A DNA stretch of 64,000 bases, from the NCBI RefSeq assembly GCF_009914755.1, contig NC_060938.1; one strand, written 5' to 3'. The position numbers were made by a program, and so were the translations under genes. This document shows positions 1-12,771 of the stretch, in pieces. Numbering within the stretch: the first letter of the stretch is position 1; every line of letters starts with the position of its first letter. The DNA comes from the human T2T-CHM13v2.0 reference genome, Homo sapiens. The notes under the pieces are model-generated. The model had not been told where the DNA came from and did not search any database. It was given only the letters and a program-made list of their open reading frames with translations.

Positions 1-420
1 TTTCAAGTTTCTTTTGAAATAATTATAGATTCACAGGAAGTTGCAAAAGATACAGGGATGTCTTAGGTACTCTTCACTAATTCCAGTGGTGACATCTCAC
101 GTAGCCATAGAGCATTATCAAAACCTGGAAACTGACATAGGTACAATTCAGAAAGCTTACTCAGATCGCAACCGTTTTGCATGCATTCATTTTTGTACGT
201 GTGTATGCGTGTGCGTGTGTTCTGTTCATTTTTATGTGGTGTAGATCTCTGTAACTACCACTTCAACAGTCAAGATGCAGAACTGTAGCCTCACCACCAG
301 GCTCCAACTTGCGATCTTTGCTGACACTCTGACACGTTTTCCTCCACCCCTTCCCCTTGACAACCTCATAGCCTGTTCTCCATCTTTACAATTTTATTTC
401 AATAATTTATATAAATGTAA
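1..420 (-). mobile_element. Old L1 (L1MC/L1ME-like) 3' end fragment
   Basis: 'gaaataattatagattcacaggaagttgcaaaa' resembles the antisense 3' end of old L1M elements; boundaries approximate. Confidence 0.55.
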
Positions 421-1166
421 TTGTACAAAATCGTATTTTTTAAGGGAAAAAACAAGTCCCAGATAGTTTTGTTAGTGCTGTAAAATAGTCTTTAACATTC
501 ATTTGTTTTATGTTCTATTTGTCTCAAAAAAATGTGCTTTGTTCTTTCCCATACTTTCTGATATCAGGATAGGAAATCAATACCAAACAAAACATTTCCA
601 TTTATTTTTTTCCACAGCTTGGTTTTCACTGTTGTTGCCTAACATTTATTGTTGCATTTACTCTTTCTCTCTGTTTTCCATCACATAAAAGTAACTTTGT
701 GTTCTTTATCTCTTCTAAGGAAACTTGGTAATGAGCCTTTAATGTGACGCCTAGACCACCCTTGTTTTGATTTTGTGTTATGGGTGTTCTTTTGTGTGAT
801 CGTTCTCATAGAGAGTCCTTGTGAAGCTGGGCTTTTTCAGTGGTTTGTCAAAATGGAAATAGATATTTAACAAACCAAACACAAAATGACCTTGCTCCAG
901 GAATGCATCATTTCTGAGAAAACACTACCTCTTCCAACTAGAGATTGTGAATATTACTCATATTATACTTTACTCCCTTTTATTAAAACTGTATTTTTTT
1001 TTACACATTTGTATAACTCAGGTAATGAAATGTGAAACTAAGCGATTGTCTACCAATTACAATTGATGTTAACGATGCTACTGGGAGGCCACCCCCACAG
1101 TCGCTGGGCCGAGTTTAGGGACTTGCTAGCTTTGCTAAGTTACATGGGATTGCCTACGTACTAAAT

Positions 1167-2018
1167 GGAGGTGGGGGATGGGTCCGAGGAAGCGGCGGCG
1201 CCGCCCTGCCCCGACGTGGAAGCTACAGACTGGGCCCCAGGCAACACGCGGCCGAGAGCCGGAGGCAGGCACGCAATGGCGGACGACACCGCAGCATCCA
1301 GCGAGTCACCGCCAGGGGCACGCGAACCCCAGGACTGCAGCCACGAGCGCTGCCAGACGGGCCGTGTGGCGGGCTTCCGGCCTCGGACACAACCGTGACG
1401 CGCGCCGGGTAGACGGGGGGCGGGTGGGCGAGGACTGTGCCTCGGAGGGGTGTTGGGGAGGAGGGGCGCTGGAGCGGCGGTGGGCCGGTCGCCGGGCCGC
1501 CACCAGGGGCAGCGGCGAACCGCGGCGACCGGAACGCGCTCCCCCACCCTCTCCCTGGTGGACCCTTCCTACTTGCCTTCCTCCCCCCCCAACAAGCCCC
1601 CACTACCCACGACGCGTGACTATGATGACACGGGACCTTCCACCCTTCCAGGGCCAACGAACCCCGCACCACGAGCTGCGTGAGGCGCGAGGGAGCACCC
1701 GAGGGAGGAACGCAGACCGCGGTGGTGGCCACAGGAACTCGGCCCCAGCCAGCTCTCTTCCCTCTCTGTTTTCGCGGGTGGCGGCACCGCCCTCTCTCTC
1801 TTCCTCACAGCCGGGAGCCCCCCTTCCCCATGCCACCCAATGCGTGACCACACAGGACCTGCAGGGAGAGAGAGAAGGGGCGGGCATGGTGGCAGAGGAG
1901 GACGGACATCGCTGGTTCTGCACTTGGGGCGATGGAGGGCCCCTGCAGGCCACGCCAGGGAACCCCCAGCCATGCACCCCGAGGAGCCCGGAGGCACCCC
2001 CGGGGACTATTGATTGAC
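1167..2018 (-). pseudogene. 45S rDNA ITS2, truncated shortly before 28S
   Basis: GC-rich; reverse complement follows human ITS2 from the 5.8S end (..GATCAAT..CCCCGGGGGTGCCTCCGGGCTCCTCGGGGTGC..) to 'CCTCGGACCC.TCCCCC.ACCTCC' at ~1167, then AT-rich unrelated DNA; no 28S. Confidence 0.85.
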
Positions 2019-2173
2019 AAGCGACGCTCAGACAGGCATAGCCCTGGGAGGAACCCAGGCCGCAAGTGCGTTCGAAGTGTCGATGATCAATCTATCCTGC
2101 AAATCGCATAAGTTCCACAGCTAGCTGCGTTCTTCATTGACGCAGAAGCCCAGTGATCCACCGCTAAAAGTCA
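2019..2173 (-). pseudogene. 5.8S rRNA pseudogene (RNA5-8SP-type)
   Basis: aagcgacgctcagacagg...gcaagtgcgttcgaagtgtcgatgatcaat...gctagctgcgttcttcat...gtgatccaccgctaa is the reverse complement of 5.8S with many substitutions. Confidence 0.97.
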
Positions 2174-3215
2174 TACAAGGTGGATTTGGTGAGGGCGCTC
2201 CCAACACCGGGAGGCCCTCCTGGCACAGCACGTCCCCCAGAGGGTTTACCTCAGGCCGGCCAGTCATACAGCAACAGGACCAGACTCCAGAGAGGGGTTG
2301 GAAGGTTTCACAACACAGGGAGGCGGTGCCGACCACGGGGATGGAGGGCGAACGCTGACAGCACCCCACGGGCACCCGGGGATTCCTGCCCCCATGGCGC
2401 AGTGCACAGGCCACACACGCGGCACGCGCACGATGGCACGACGGCCGCCGGTAAAGCCCCCACCGGCGTCAGCGGTGACACGCAAGTGCAGCGCGGCCCC
2501 GGCGGGCCGAGGGGACGGAGTTGGCAGGGGAGGAGAGGGAGGGGCGGGCCTCTCCTGAACGGACTCCCCTGCGGGCCCACCGCACCCAACCCAAGGGAGG
2601 ACAGGCGACCCCTCAAGGGGTCCTTAAACCTCCGCGCCAGAACGCGCTAGGTACCTGGACAGCGGGGGCGGACGATGCGGGGGACAGGCATCCGGCCCCC
2701 TACCCTCGAGACGCCCTAGCAGGAAGGCTGGGGAGAGTGAGCGGGCCAGTCCGGGCCCGGTGGCCTGGTCTCGCAGAGGCAAGGATGGTGACAGCGGCAG
2801 CGATGGGAACCCGACCGGCCCCAATGGGAGCCGTCGGGATGGAACCGAGCCAGCGGGACAGGGCAGGATGACAGCTCCGGCGGGGAGGGCACCGAGGCCC
2901 CCACACTGCCATGACGCCAAGAACCATCCCCACGCCCGCCGACACACACGTGGGGGCCACAGCAGGGGGCCACTCCCCGCTGCTCACCAGGCCTGCCAGC
3001 CATCCAGCCTGCCCCACGACATGCACACACGGTTTCGTCCCCGCACGCATGTCTCTCTCTCCACCCCCCCCCACCGAGTTCTCCGGCTCTCGGGGCAGGC
3101 GGGGCCGTGCAACAAACAAAGGGCACGACCCCACCCGCGCATGCGCCACACGGGGAACATGGTCTGCCAAGGAGGAAGGACGTGGCTTCGCCACCGCGGC
3201 TTCGCTCTTCTCCGT
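2174..3215 (-). pseudogene. 45S rDNA ITS1 (decayed)
   Basis: GC-rich spacer between 5.8S and 18S with ITS1 motifs (revcomp CCAGGTACCTAGCGCGTTC, GGTTTAAGGACCCCTTG). Confidence 0.9.
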
Positions 3216-3249
3216 TAATGATCCCTCCGCAGGTTCACCTACTGAAACT

Positions 3250-3288
<39 letters not shown>

Positions 3289-5078
3289 CTGTCTTCTCAG
3301 CGCTCCACCAGGGCAGTGGGCTGACCCGGCGGGGCCGATCCGAGGACCTCACTAAACCATCCTATCAGTAGTAGAGACGGGCGGTGTGTACATAGGGCAG
3401 GGACTTCAGGCAAGCTTATGACCCGAACTTACTGGAAATTCCTCCTTCATGGGGAATAACTGCAATCCCCCATCCCCATCACGAATGGGGTTCAACAGGT
3501 TACCCGCCTCTGCCACGTAGGGTAGGCATATGCTGAGCCAGTCAGTGTAGCGCGCGTGCAGTCCCGGACATCTAAGGGCATCACAGATCTGTTATTGCTC
3601 AATTTCGGATGGCTGAAGGCCACTTGTCCCTCTAAGAAGTTGGGGGACGCCGACCGCTCGGGGGTCACGTAACTAGTTAGCATGCCAGAGTCTCATTGGT
3701 TATCGGAATTAACCAGACAAATCACTCCACCAACTAAGGCCATGCACCACCACCCATGGAACAGAGAAACAGCTATCAATCTGTCAATCCGGTCCATGTC
3801 CGGGCCGGTGATTTTTCCCATGTTGAGTCAAATTAAGCCCAGGCTCCACTCCTGGTGGTGCCCTTCCACCAATTCCTTTAAGTTTCAGCTTTGCAACCAT
3901 ACTCCCCCCGGAACCTAAAAACCCAAAGACTGGTTTCTTGGAAGCTGCCCAGCGGGGTCATGGGAATAACGCCGCCACATCGCCAGTCGGCATCGTTTAT
4001 GGTCGGAACTACGACGGTATCTGATCGTCTTCGAACCTCCGGCTTTTGTTCTTGATTAATGAAAACATTCTTGGCAAATGCTTTCACTCTGGTCTGAACT
4101 GTGCCAGTCCAAGAATTTCACCTCTAGCGGCACAATACGAATGCCCCCGGCCGTCCCTCTTAATCCTGGCCTCAGTTCTGAAAACCAACAAAATAGAACC
4201 GCGGTCCTATTCCATTATTCCTAGCTGCGGTATCCAGGCGGCTCGGACCTGCTTTGAACACTCTAATTTTTTCAAAGTAAATGCTTTGGGCCGCGGGACA
4301 CTCAGCTAAGAGCACCGAGGGGGCGCCAAGAGGCAAGGGGCGGGGACAGGCGGTGGCTCGCGTCCTGGCGGACCGCCCGCCCGCTCCCAAGATCCAACTA
4401 GGAGCTTTTTAACTGCAGCAACTTTAACATATGCTATGGGAGCTGGAATTACCGCGGCTGCTGGCACTAGACTTGCCCTCCAATGGATCTTCGTTAAAGG
4501 ATTTAAAGTGGACTCATTCCAATTACAGGACCTCGAAAGAGTCCTGTATTGGTATGTTTCATCACTACCTCCTTGGGTCGGGAGTGGGTAATTTGCATGC
4601 CTGCTGCCTTCCTTGAATGTGGTAGCCATTTCTCAGGCTCCCTCTACAGAATTGAACCCTGATTCCCCATCACCCGTGGTCACCATGGTAGGCACAGCGA
4701 CTACCATCAAAAGTTGATAGGGCAGACGTTCTAATGGGTCGTCGCTGCCACGGGGGGTGTGCGATTGGCCCGAGGCTATCTAGAGTCACCAAAGCTGGTG
4801 GCACCCGACCCCCTGGCCGGGGCCAGAGAGGGGCTGACCGGGTTGGTTTTGATCTGATAAATGCACGCATCTTCCCCACGAAGGGGGTCAGCGCCCTTCG
4901 GCATGCATTAGCTCTAGAATTACCACAGTTTTCAAAGTAGGAGAGGAGCGAGCGATCAAAAGAACCATAACTGATTTAATGAGCCATTCGCAGTTTCACT
5001 GTACTGGCCCTGTGTACTTAGACATGTATGGCATAATCTTTGAGACAAGCATATGGTACTGGTAGGATCAACCAAGTA
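3216..5078 (-). pseudogene. 18S rRNA pseudogene, near full length
   Basis: Ends match 18S termini (taatgatcc..cgcaggttcacctac at 3216; ggatcaaccaagta to 5078); conserved ttaccgcggctgctggcac and gacgggcggtgtgtac present; many CpG transitions and small indels (e.g. ggacttcaggcaagc vs ggacttaatcaacgcaagc). Confidence 0.98.
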
Positions 5079-7098
5079 GGTAGAAAGCGGCCTCCGGGCC
5101 TCGCGAGGATGAGCCCGGCATCCCAGTCGCGAGGATGGGTGCGGCAGGGCGGTCGACCTGGCGTGTGGGAGGGAGGGAGCAGCGCGGGGCGGTGGGAGCC
5201 GGGTGATGGGGCGGTGAACCGGACATCCCATACACCCACACTACACAACACCCCCCGATGGGCTCACCACTCCCGACCCTTCGTGCCCACGTGTAACCAG
5301 GCAGACCGCCCGACCCGTGCATGGCAGCCGCGAGGGACCGGCGGCCACTCACGCGCGGCGGGCGCGGGGCAGCCCCGACGTTTGGGCAGCGAACGAGAGG
5401 CGGACCGCGGTGCCCGGGATCTCACCGCCAGCGGCCTCCAAGCACGAAGGCGGCCCCGCGCAGCACCTGGAGCGGCCGACTGGCCTTCGGCGGGCCCGCG
5501 GCTTCCCCACCGCCGCCGCCATCGCGGCCAGCCCCCAGAACCCTCTTCCCTGCGCGCGCTGCACGCCGACCCCATACCCTCCGGGCTCACACCAGGCCCA
5601 TGCGGGGCGCCGCCGACCTGGTCCCGAAGGCGAGCGCCCAGGGACACGGACAACGGGCCAACAAGTGGCCGGCGGCGGCGCCGCCACACAAGGCGGAGCC
5701 GGGTTTGGTCCCAGACGGGACCACCACAGCCTAAGCCGGTGAGCCGCTCGGGGAGAGAGGATACGCGGGCGGGGAGGGGGGCACAGACGCAAGGCCAGGG
5801 ACCGCGAGGGCAAGGGCACCCGGAAGCCCGCAGAGGGGCGGCTCGGGGAGAAACCTCAGGCATGGCCGGTCCACCAGGAAAACACGGCCACGGGATCCCA
5901 CCGCCACAGACACGAGGGAGGTCCTGCGGCGACCCGCCTAGGACGCCGGACGGCCCTCGGCACCCACCAAGACCCGCCTCATGAGCCCGGGTCCCGCCAT
6001 CGGGACCCCAAAGCGACCTCAGCCACAAACCCAATGCCAGGGCTAGGTTGCTCGTTTCTCGTCCATCCTCCGACCCGGTCAAGCTCCGGGAGACCGGCGC
6101 GCCCCCCACTTGGGAAGCTTCCCATGGCCAGGCGGCCCAACCCCGTGCCACACAAACGCGGTCGTCGACACTGGTCGCTGCTCCTCAGGGGAGCGGGTGG
6201 AGAGCCGGCTCGCAGCGGAGCGGGTCACGCGCCAGAGGGAACGCCGGGCACAGCCACCGCTCGCGCAGCCTCCCAACCGCTAGGACGCCGGCGCGGCACG
6301 GAGGGATCCTCCCGCGACTCAGAAGGGGGAGGCGCGGGCCACACAGTAGGCGACGAGCCGCCCTCCGTCCCCACCGCGGAGGCAGGGGAACCCTAGCTCT
6401 CCCCACCTCACCCCGTTGAGGGGGAAGTGGAGGAGTGTCCTCTGCGAGCTAGTCGCTACAGCAGCGCTACCATAACGCAGAGAGAGGCGGAAGGCCGGGG
6501 GATCCGCTACCCCAAAGGCACACCTCTCGGATCACTAGAGAAGGCTTTCTCACGGAGGGTGGGTCACACTCCCCACCAGCCAGTCGCCCCTCGTTGGGCC
6601 CTTAGAGGTGCTCAGGGATGCCTGGGGAAAGCAGGGGGCCTGCGGTACCAGGAAAAATCTGCGTGCGGCAACCTTGAACCTTCGCGGTCTGGGCGGGGGG
6701 CCTGGCCGCTACGCGTGTGCGCAATCCCCCAAGGGCCCCCCGTCCACCAGCCTCCTTTCTCGTAGACAAAGCACCTCCAAGTAAATCCACACACAACCTG
6801 TCGGAGGCAGAACGGTAGCCCCTCGGCGGCCGGCCGGCGCACGCGTCACCTGCCCAAGCCCACCGCGATAGCTCACACTGCCCGTGCGCACCAACCAGAG
6901 GGGATCACAGGACCTGCGCTCGCCAGACCAGGCGACGCCCTTCCCCGCGTGGCAGGGGTGTTTCTCACTCAACCTCCTCGACCCCCACACCAACGAGCTC
7001 CCTCAGGACCCACTCGCGGACACCGCGGCAGCGACCGGAGGAGGGGGCGCTGGGGGTGGGAACCACACACCACCGCTGGACTTTGGGCACCTGAGTGA
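5079..7098 (-). pseudogene. 5'ETS remnant with internal deletion; Pol I start site and first ~0.9 kb absent
   Basis: Reverse complement tracks human 5'ETS (e.g. GAGAAAGCCTTCTCTAG.GATC.GAGAGG near 6530); homology stops at CTCAGGTGCCC (~7095); GCTGACACGCTGTCC start not found. Confidence 0.85.
5850..5964 (-). ncRNA. MIR663-like hairpin within 5'ETS (closer to MIR663B)
   Basis: Revcomp GGTGCCGAGGGCCGTCCGGCGTCCTAGGCGGGTCGCCGCAGGACCTCCCTCGTGTCTGTGGCGGTGGGATCCCGTGGCCGTGTTTTCCTGGTGGACCGGCCATGCCTGAGGTTTC; expression unknown. Confidence 0.6.
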
Positions 7099-7121
7099 TA
7101 AGCTGGGGGGGGAACGGGTGG

Positions 7122-7944
<823 letters not shown>

Positions 7945-7987
7945 TTATTTTTGCTTCCTACCCTGAGAAGATCATAATACAGCTGTT

Positions 7988-8200
7988 GTCTGTCTGCCTG
8001 CCTGCCTGCCTGCCAGCCTGCCTGCCTGCCTGTGACAGGGCCTCACTCTGTCTTTCACTCAGACTGGAGTGCAGTGACACCATTATGGCTCACTCACTGC
8101 AGCCTCCACCTCCACAGGGTTAGGCGATTCCTCAAGGGATCCTAGGGCCTCGGCCTCCCAAAGTGTTGGGGTTACAGGCGTGAGCCACCAGCACCTGGCC
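7988..8200 (-). mobile_element. (GCCT)n tract plus old truncated Alu
   Basis: tgcctgcc repeats followed by antisense Alu motifs ggagtgcagtg...cctcccaaagtg. Confidence 0.75.
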
Positions 8201-8737
8201 TGAGTTAATACATCTGGTCTCACTACGTCTTAACCACACACCCATGAAGAACTCAAGTCAAGAGAGAGTCAGTAAGAGACTCAGCATTCTCTACCGAAAG
8301 CAGTGAGGTGGATGGCGGCTTGTGTCCCGAGCTCCTGTGGTTTCAGTTGGCCACGCGTAGAGGAGAGATTTCCAACGTTTCCAGAGAGGAAACATTGTCA
8401 TTCGGGCCACAGCCATTCGGGGCATCCGAGCACGAGATGGGCTTTCTGACAGCGACTTTAGTGCAAGGAAGGGTCAGAATCTGCCAAGGCCCGTGTCCCA
8501 GGGTGTGGCCGAAGGAACCCAAGGTAGAGGGAGTCAGCGGTCCACACAGAGAGAGCTCCAGCCCTAGGCCCCACTGTGCAGACCCAATCAGAAGAAGAGA
8601 GTCCTTCATCCTACATGCCACATCCCTCCACTGAACTTGGGAGCGGATCCGTTTTCCAAACATGAGGTGACTCTCGCTTTGCAATGGATCACAAGGGGCC
8701 GGGCTTCCAGAGGTGGCAGGGTAAAGAAGTCATTCTG

Positions 8738-11700
8738 GCTCGGCCTCCCCCATCCCCTGGTAACTGGTGAGTTTAAATGAGCCGAGGCTGGCCGGGCCGG
8801 AGCCACTACGGCGGGGAGGGGTGTGGGCGGGGTGGGGGGGTGCCTGAGGCACTGCAGAAAGTGGGTCTGAGCCTCGAGGATGACGATGCTACAGGAACCC
8901 GTCCAGGTTGCTACATGGCAAGCACTAAACCACTATGCTTACCGAGATGGGGTTTTCCTCGCAGAACGCCTTTACGCAGAAGTACACTCAGAAGAAGCCT
9001 TGTTTTTACTGGCGACCTGTTCTTACTGCCCAGGAAAGGCCTATAAAGCATATAGACTCTTGAAAGGACACAGTTGTCCTACACCGCAATGCAAGTACCT
9101 GCTTGCAAAATGTTGTTTTGATGTCAGCAAGCTTGCAGAAGGGGAACAAATCTTATCTGGTGGAGTGTTTCATAAGCAGAAAAGCCATGATGATATTGTT
9201 ACTGAGTTTGGTGATTCAGCTTGCTTTCCCCTTCCATTGTTGGGACATGTATATTGCAAGACAGATCAGCTTGCCAAAGGATCAGAATGCTACCAAAAGA
9301 GCCTTAGTTTAAATCCTTTCCTCTGGTATCCCTTTGAATCATTATTTGAAATAGGTGAAAAGCCAGATCCTGACCAAAGTTTTAAATTCACATCTTTACA
9401 TAACTTTAGCAACTGTCTGTCCAAGTGTTGCACCACACAAGTACCTCGTCATAGTTTATGTCACAGACAGCCTGAGACTGTTCTTATGGAAACACCCCAG
9501 AACGCAACTGAATTAAACAGATTGAATTTAGAATCTTCCAATTCAAAGTACTCCTTGAATACAGATTCCCCAGTGTCTTCTATTGATTCAGCTGTAATTT
9601 CACCTGATACTCTCCCACTGGGAACAGGAACTTCCATATTATCTAAACAGGTTCAAAATAAAGCAAAAACTGATCGAACTTTATTAGGAGGACCAGCATC
9701 TCTTAGTCCATTAACCCCAAGTTTTGGGATTTTACCATTAGAAACCCCAAGTCCTGGAGATGGATCCTATTTACAAAACTACACTAATACACCTTCTGTA
9801 ATGGATATGACATCCACCGGAGTCCCTTCAAAAAAGTCTGTTGCCAGAATAGGCCAAATTGGAGCAAAGTCTGTCTTCTCACAGAGTGGAAATAGCCGAG
9901 AGGTAACTCCAATTCTTGCACAAACAGAAAGTTCTGGTCCATAAATAAGTACAACACCTCAGGTATTGAGCCACACTATGATATCTCCCCCAAATGCACT
10001 GCATTGAAGAAGTTCACGACTCTTTACTCGTGACAGTTCCACAACCAAGGAGAATAGGAAGAAATTAAAAATGAAGTTTCCACCTAAAATCCCAAACAGA
10101 AAAACAAAAAGTAAAACTAATAAAGGAGTAATAACTCAACCTAATATAAATGACAGCCTGGAAACAACAAAATTGGACTCTTCCATCATTTCAGAAGGGA
10201 AAATATCCACAATCACACCTCAGATTCAGGCTTTTAGTCTACAAAAAGCAGCAGCAGAAGACTTGATGAGCCTTCTTCGTGAAAGGGGGAAGGTTATTTA
10301 GCTTTGTGTTCATACCACTGCAAAGAAGCTATAAATATTTTGAGCCATTTACCTTCTCACCACTACAATACTGGTTGGGTACTGTGCCAAATTGGAAGGG
10401 CCTATTTTGAACTTTCAGAGTCCATGCAAGCTGAAAGAATATTCTCAGAGGTTAGAAGGATTGAGAATTATAGTCGAAGCCATGGAAATCTACTCTACAA
10501 CACTTTGGTATCTTCAAAAAGATGTTGCTCTTTCATTTCTGTCAAAAGACTTAACAGACATGGATAAAAATTTGCCAGAGGCCTGGTGTGCTGCAGGGAA
10601 CTGTTTCAGTCTGCAACAGGAATACGATATTGCAATTAAATTCTTCCAGAGAGCTATCCAAGTGGATCCAGATTATGCTTATGCCTATACTCTATTAGGG
10701 AATGAGTTTGTCTTAACTGAAGAATTGGACAAAGCATTAGCTAGTTTTCGAAATGCTATCAGAGTCAATCCTAGACATTATAATGCATGGTAAGTGGTAA
10801 TGAAGTGTAAAGACAAAGTCTTGTTGATGGTGCTGGTAGTCACTAATTTTTCTTGTTAGATAGCTCTTTATTGTCATGAATTTGGTTACTAATACTTAGG
10901 GATGGTACATACTGGTCAATAACTTCAAACTAACACGCTTTCTTATGAAATGTATGCCTTTAACAAACTCTTAAGTTAACTAATGATAATAGAATACCAG
11001 ATCCTTATACTCAAGAGTTTCAGTCTTCTACCAAACTTTTGCAGATGCTCTAGTTGTGTTTTGTTTGTTTGTTTGCTTGTTTAGTTTTGTTACTTGATTT
11101 GTTACTTTTTCTTCGAACACAGAAATGGTGATTGAGACAAAAAGTGCTTGGGAAATTGGAAAGGAATAGCATAATTCACTTATTGGATAATAGAAAAAAT
11201 CACTGAAAAAATTCACTAGTTGCTGCTTTTTGACAGTGTTCCAGTTTATTGAGTTACTATTAGGAACTAAGTGTACCCTTTTATTTAGCAGTATCTCTGT
11301 TTTACTTTTTTGTACTCGTGTATAAGTAGAGACATAGGAAATTACTACCCAGGTCATATTGTTATCAACTGAATAACATATGAAAAAGTTTGGTCCTACT
11401 TCTACCTCAACACTATAATTACTGTTGACATTTATTGTATTTTTCTGGACTGACTTAAAAGTTTAAATATCAAGAGAAGGCCAGGCACGGTGGCTCATGC
11501 CTGTCATCCCAGCACTTTGGGAGGCTGAGGCGGGTGGATCACAAGGTCAAGAGATCGAGACCATGCTGGCCAACATGGCGAAACCCCGTATCTATTAAAA
11601 GTATAAAAATTAGCTGGGAATGGTGGCGGGCGCCTGTAGTCCCAGATACTCAGGAGGCTGAGGCAGGAAAATCGCTTGAACCAGGAAGTGGAGGTTGCAG

Positions 11701-12543
11701 TGAGCCAAGATTATGCCATTGCACACCAGCCTGGGCAACAGAGCAAGAAGCCATCTCAAGAAAAAAATAAAATAAAATGAAATAAAATAAAATAAAATAA
11801 AATAAAATAAAATAAATAAATATCAAGAGAAAGTATAATTCTGAAGTCATAACTCTGTGGAAGCCTTTTTGTCAGATACGGTTATCTTTGGGGTTAATTA
11901 TTATAACAGTTGAGTTTTAACACTTGATTTGCTTCTAAATCTGAAGCATTATATTACTAAAACATTTTTTCATTTGTGAGTATGTTGTTTAATGGATTAT
12001 ATCTCATTTTGCAGTAGTAGTTGCAGTGCCTGAGAGATTGCCAAAAAAAAATAGTGCTAGCTTTTGCTGACAAATGTAACAATCAACTTACCAATACAGC
12101 CTTCTCTTCTGATAGCTATGTTATCCGTAATATTTTAAGAACTCAGTTCTTCATAAGACTTGTGTTGTTTTTTATTTTTTCCCAAGTCTGGTTGATCCTT
12201 GTGTTGTTCTTTTTTAAATGTGTATTGTCTGTTCAGCTATCCTGCAGGAGTCGCATTCTTAAAAACTTTAACCATATCAAAAATTGTGTTTAAAGGAGGA
12301 TTATTCAGATTGGCAAGCTTTTACTAGGAGGGGTTTAAATGCTGACATATTTAGGTAACTCTAAATACTGAGCAACTTTATTCTAACTACAAAATAGATA
12401 GCCTTTCTTTTGTTTTTCACTTTCACTATCATTAGCACTGTGTTTAATATATTTTCTTCATCTATAACACAATTATAACGATATATAAAGCCACTCAAAT
12501 AAAGCAGATATATTGTGCTTTTAAAAAAAAAGAAAAGAAAAAA
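8738..12543 (+). pseudogene. CDC27P: CDC27 processed pseudogene (rDNA-spacer type): 5'UTR, CDS to ..HYNAW, retained intron, poly-A
   Basis: ORF 8880-9944 MTMLQEPVQVATWQALNHYAYRD.. matches the CDC27/APC3 N-terminus; later stops and frameshifts through the TPRs to 10793; AATAAA 12498-12503, poly-A from 12523; 15-bp TSD aaagaagtcatt(c/a)tg at 8723-8737 and 12544-12558. Confidence 0.96.
11479..11817 (+). mobile_element. AluS inside the CDC27 retained-intron segment
   Basis: Full Alu with (AAAAT)n tail; TSD aaatatcaagagaa at 11465-11478 and 11818-11831. Confidence 0.95.
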
Positions 12544-12621
12544 AAAGAAGTCATTATGTGGCACACAGTGAGGTGTGACTTGAATCTAGAATCTCCAGTG
12601 AAAACCAATGAAACAGTGTCA

Positions 12622-12771
<150 letters not shown>

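Noticed and set aside
3216-5078. Functional rRNA gene
   Set aside because: No promoter, no 28S, substitutions and indels in invariant positions
7990-8032. p53 RGC-type site in (TGCC)n
   Set aside because: Simple repeat lacking the CWWG core of p53 half-sites
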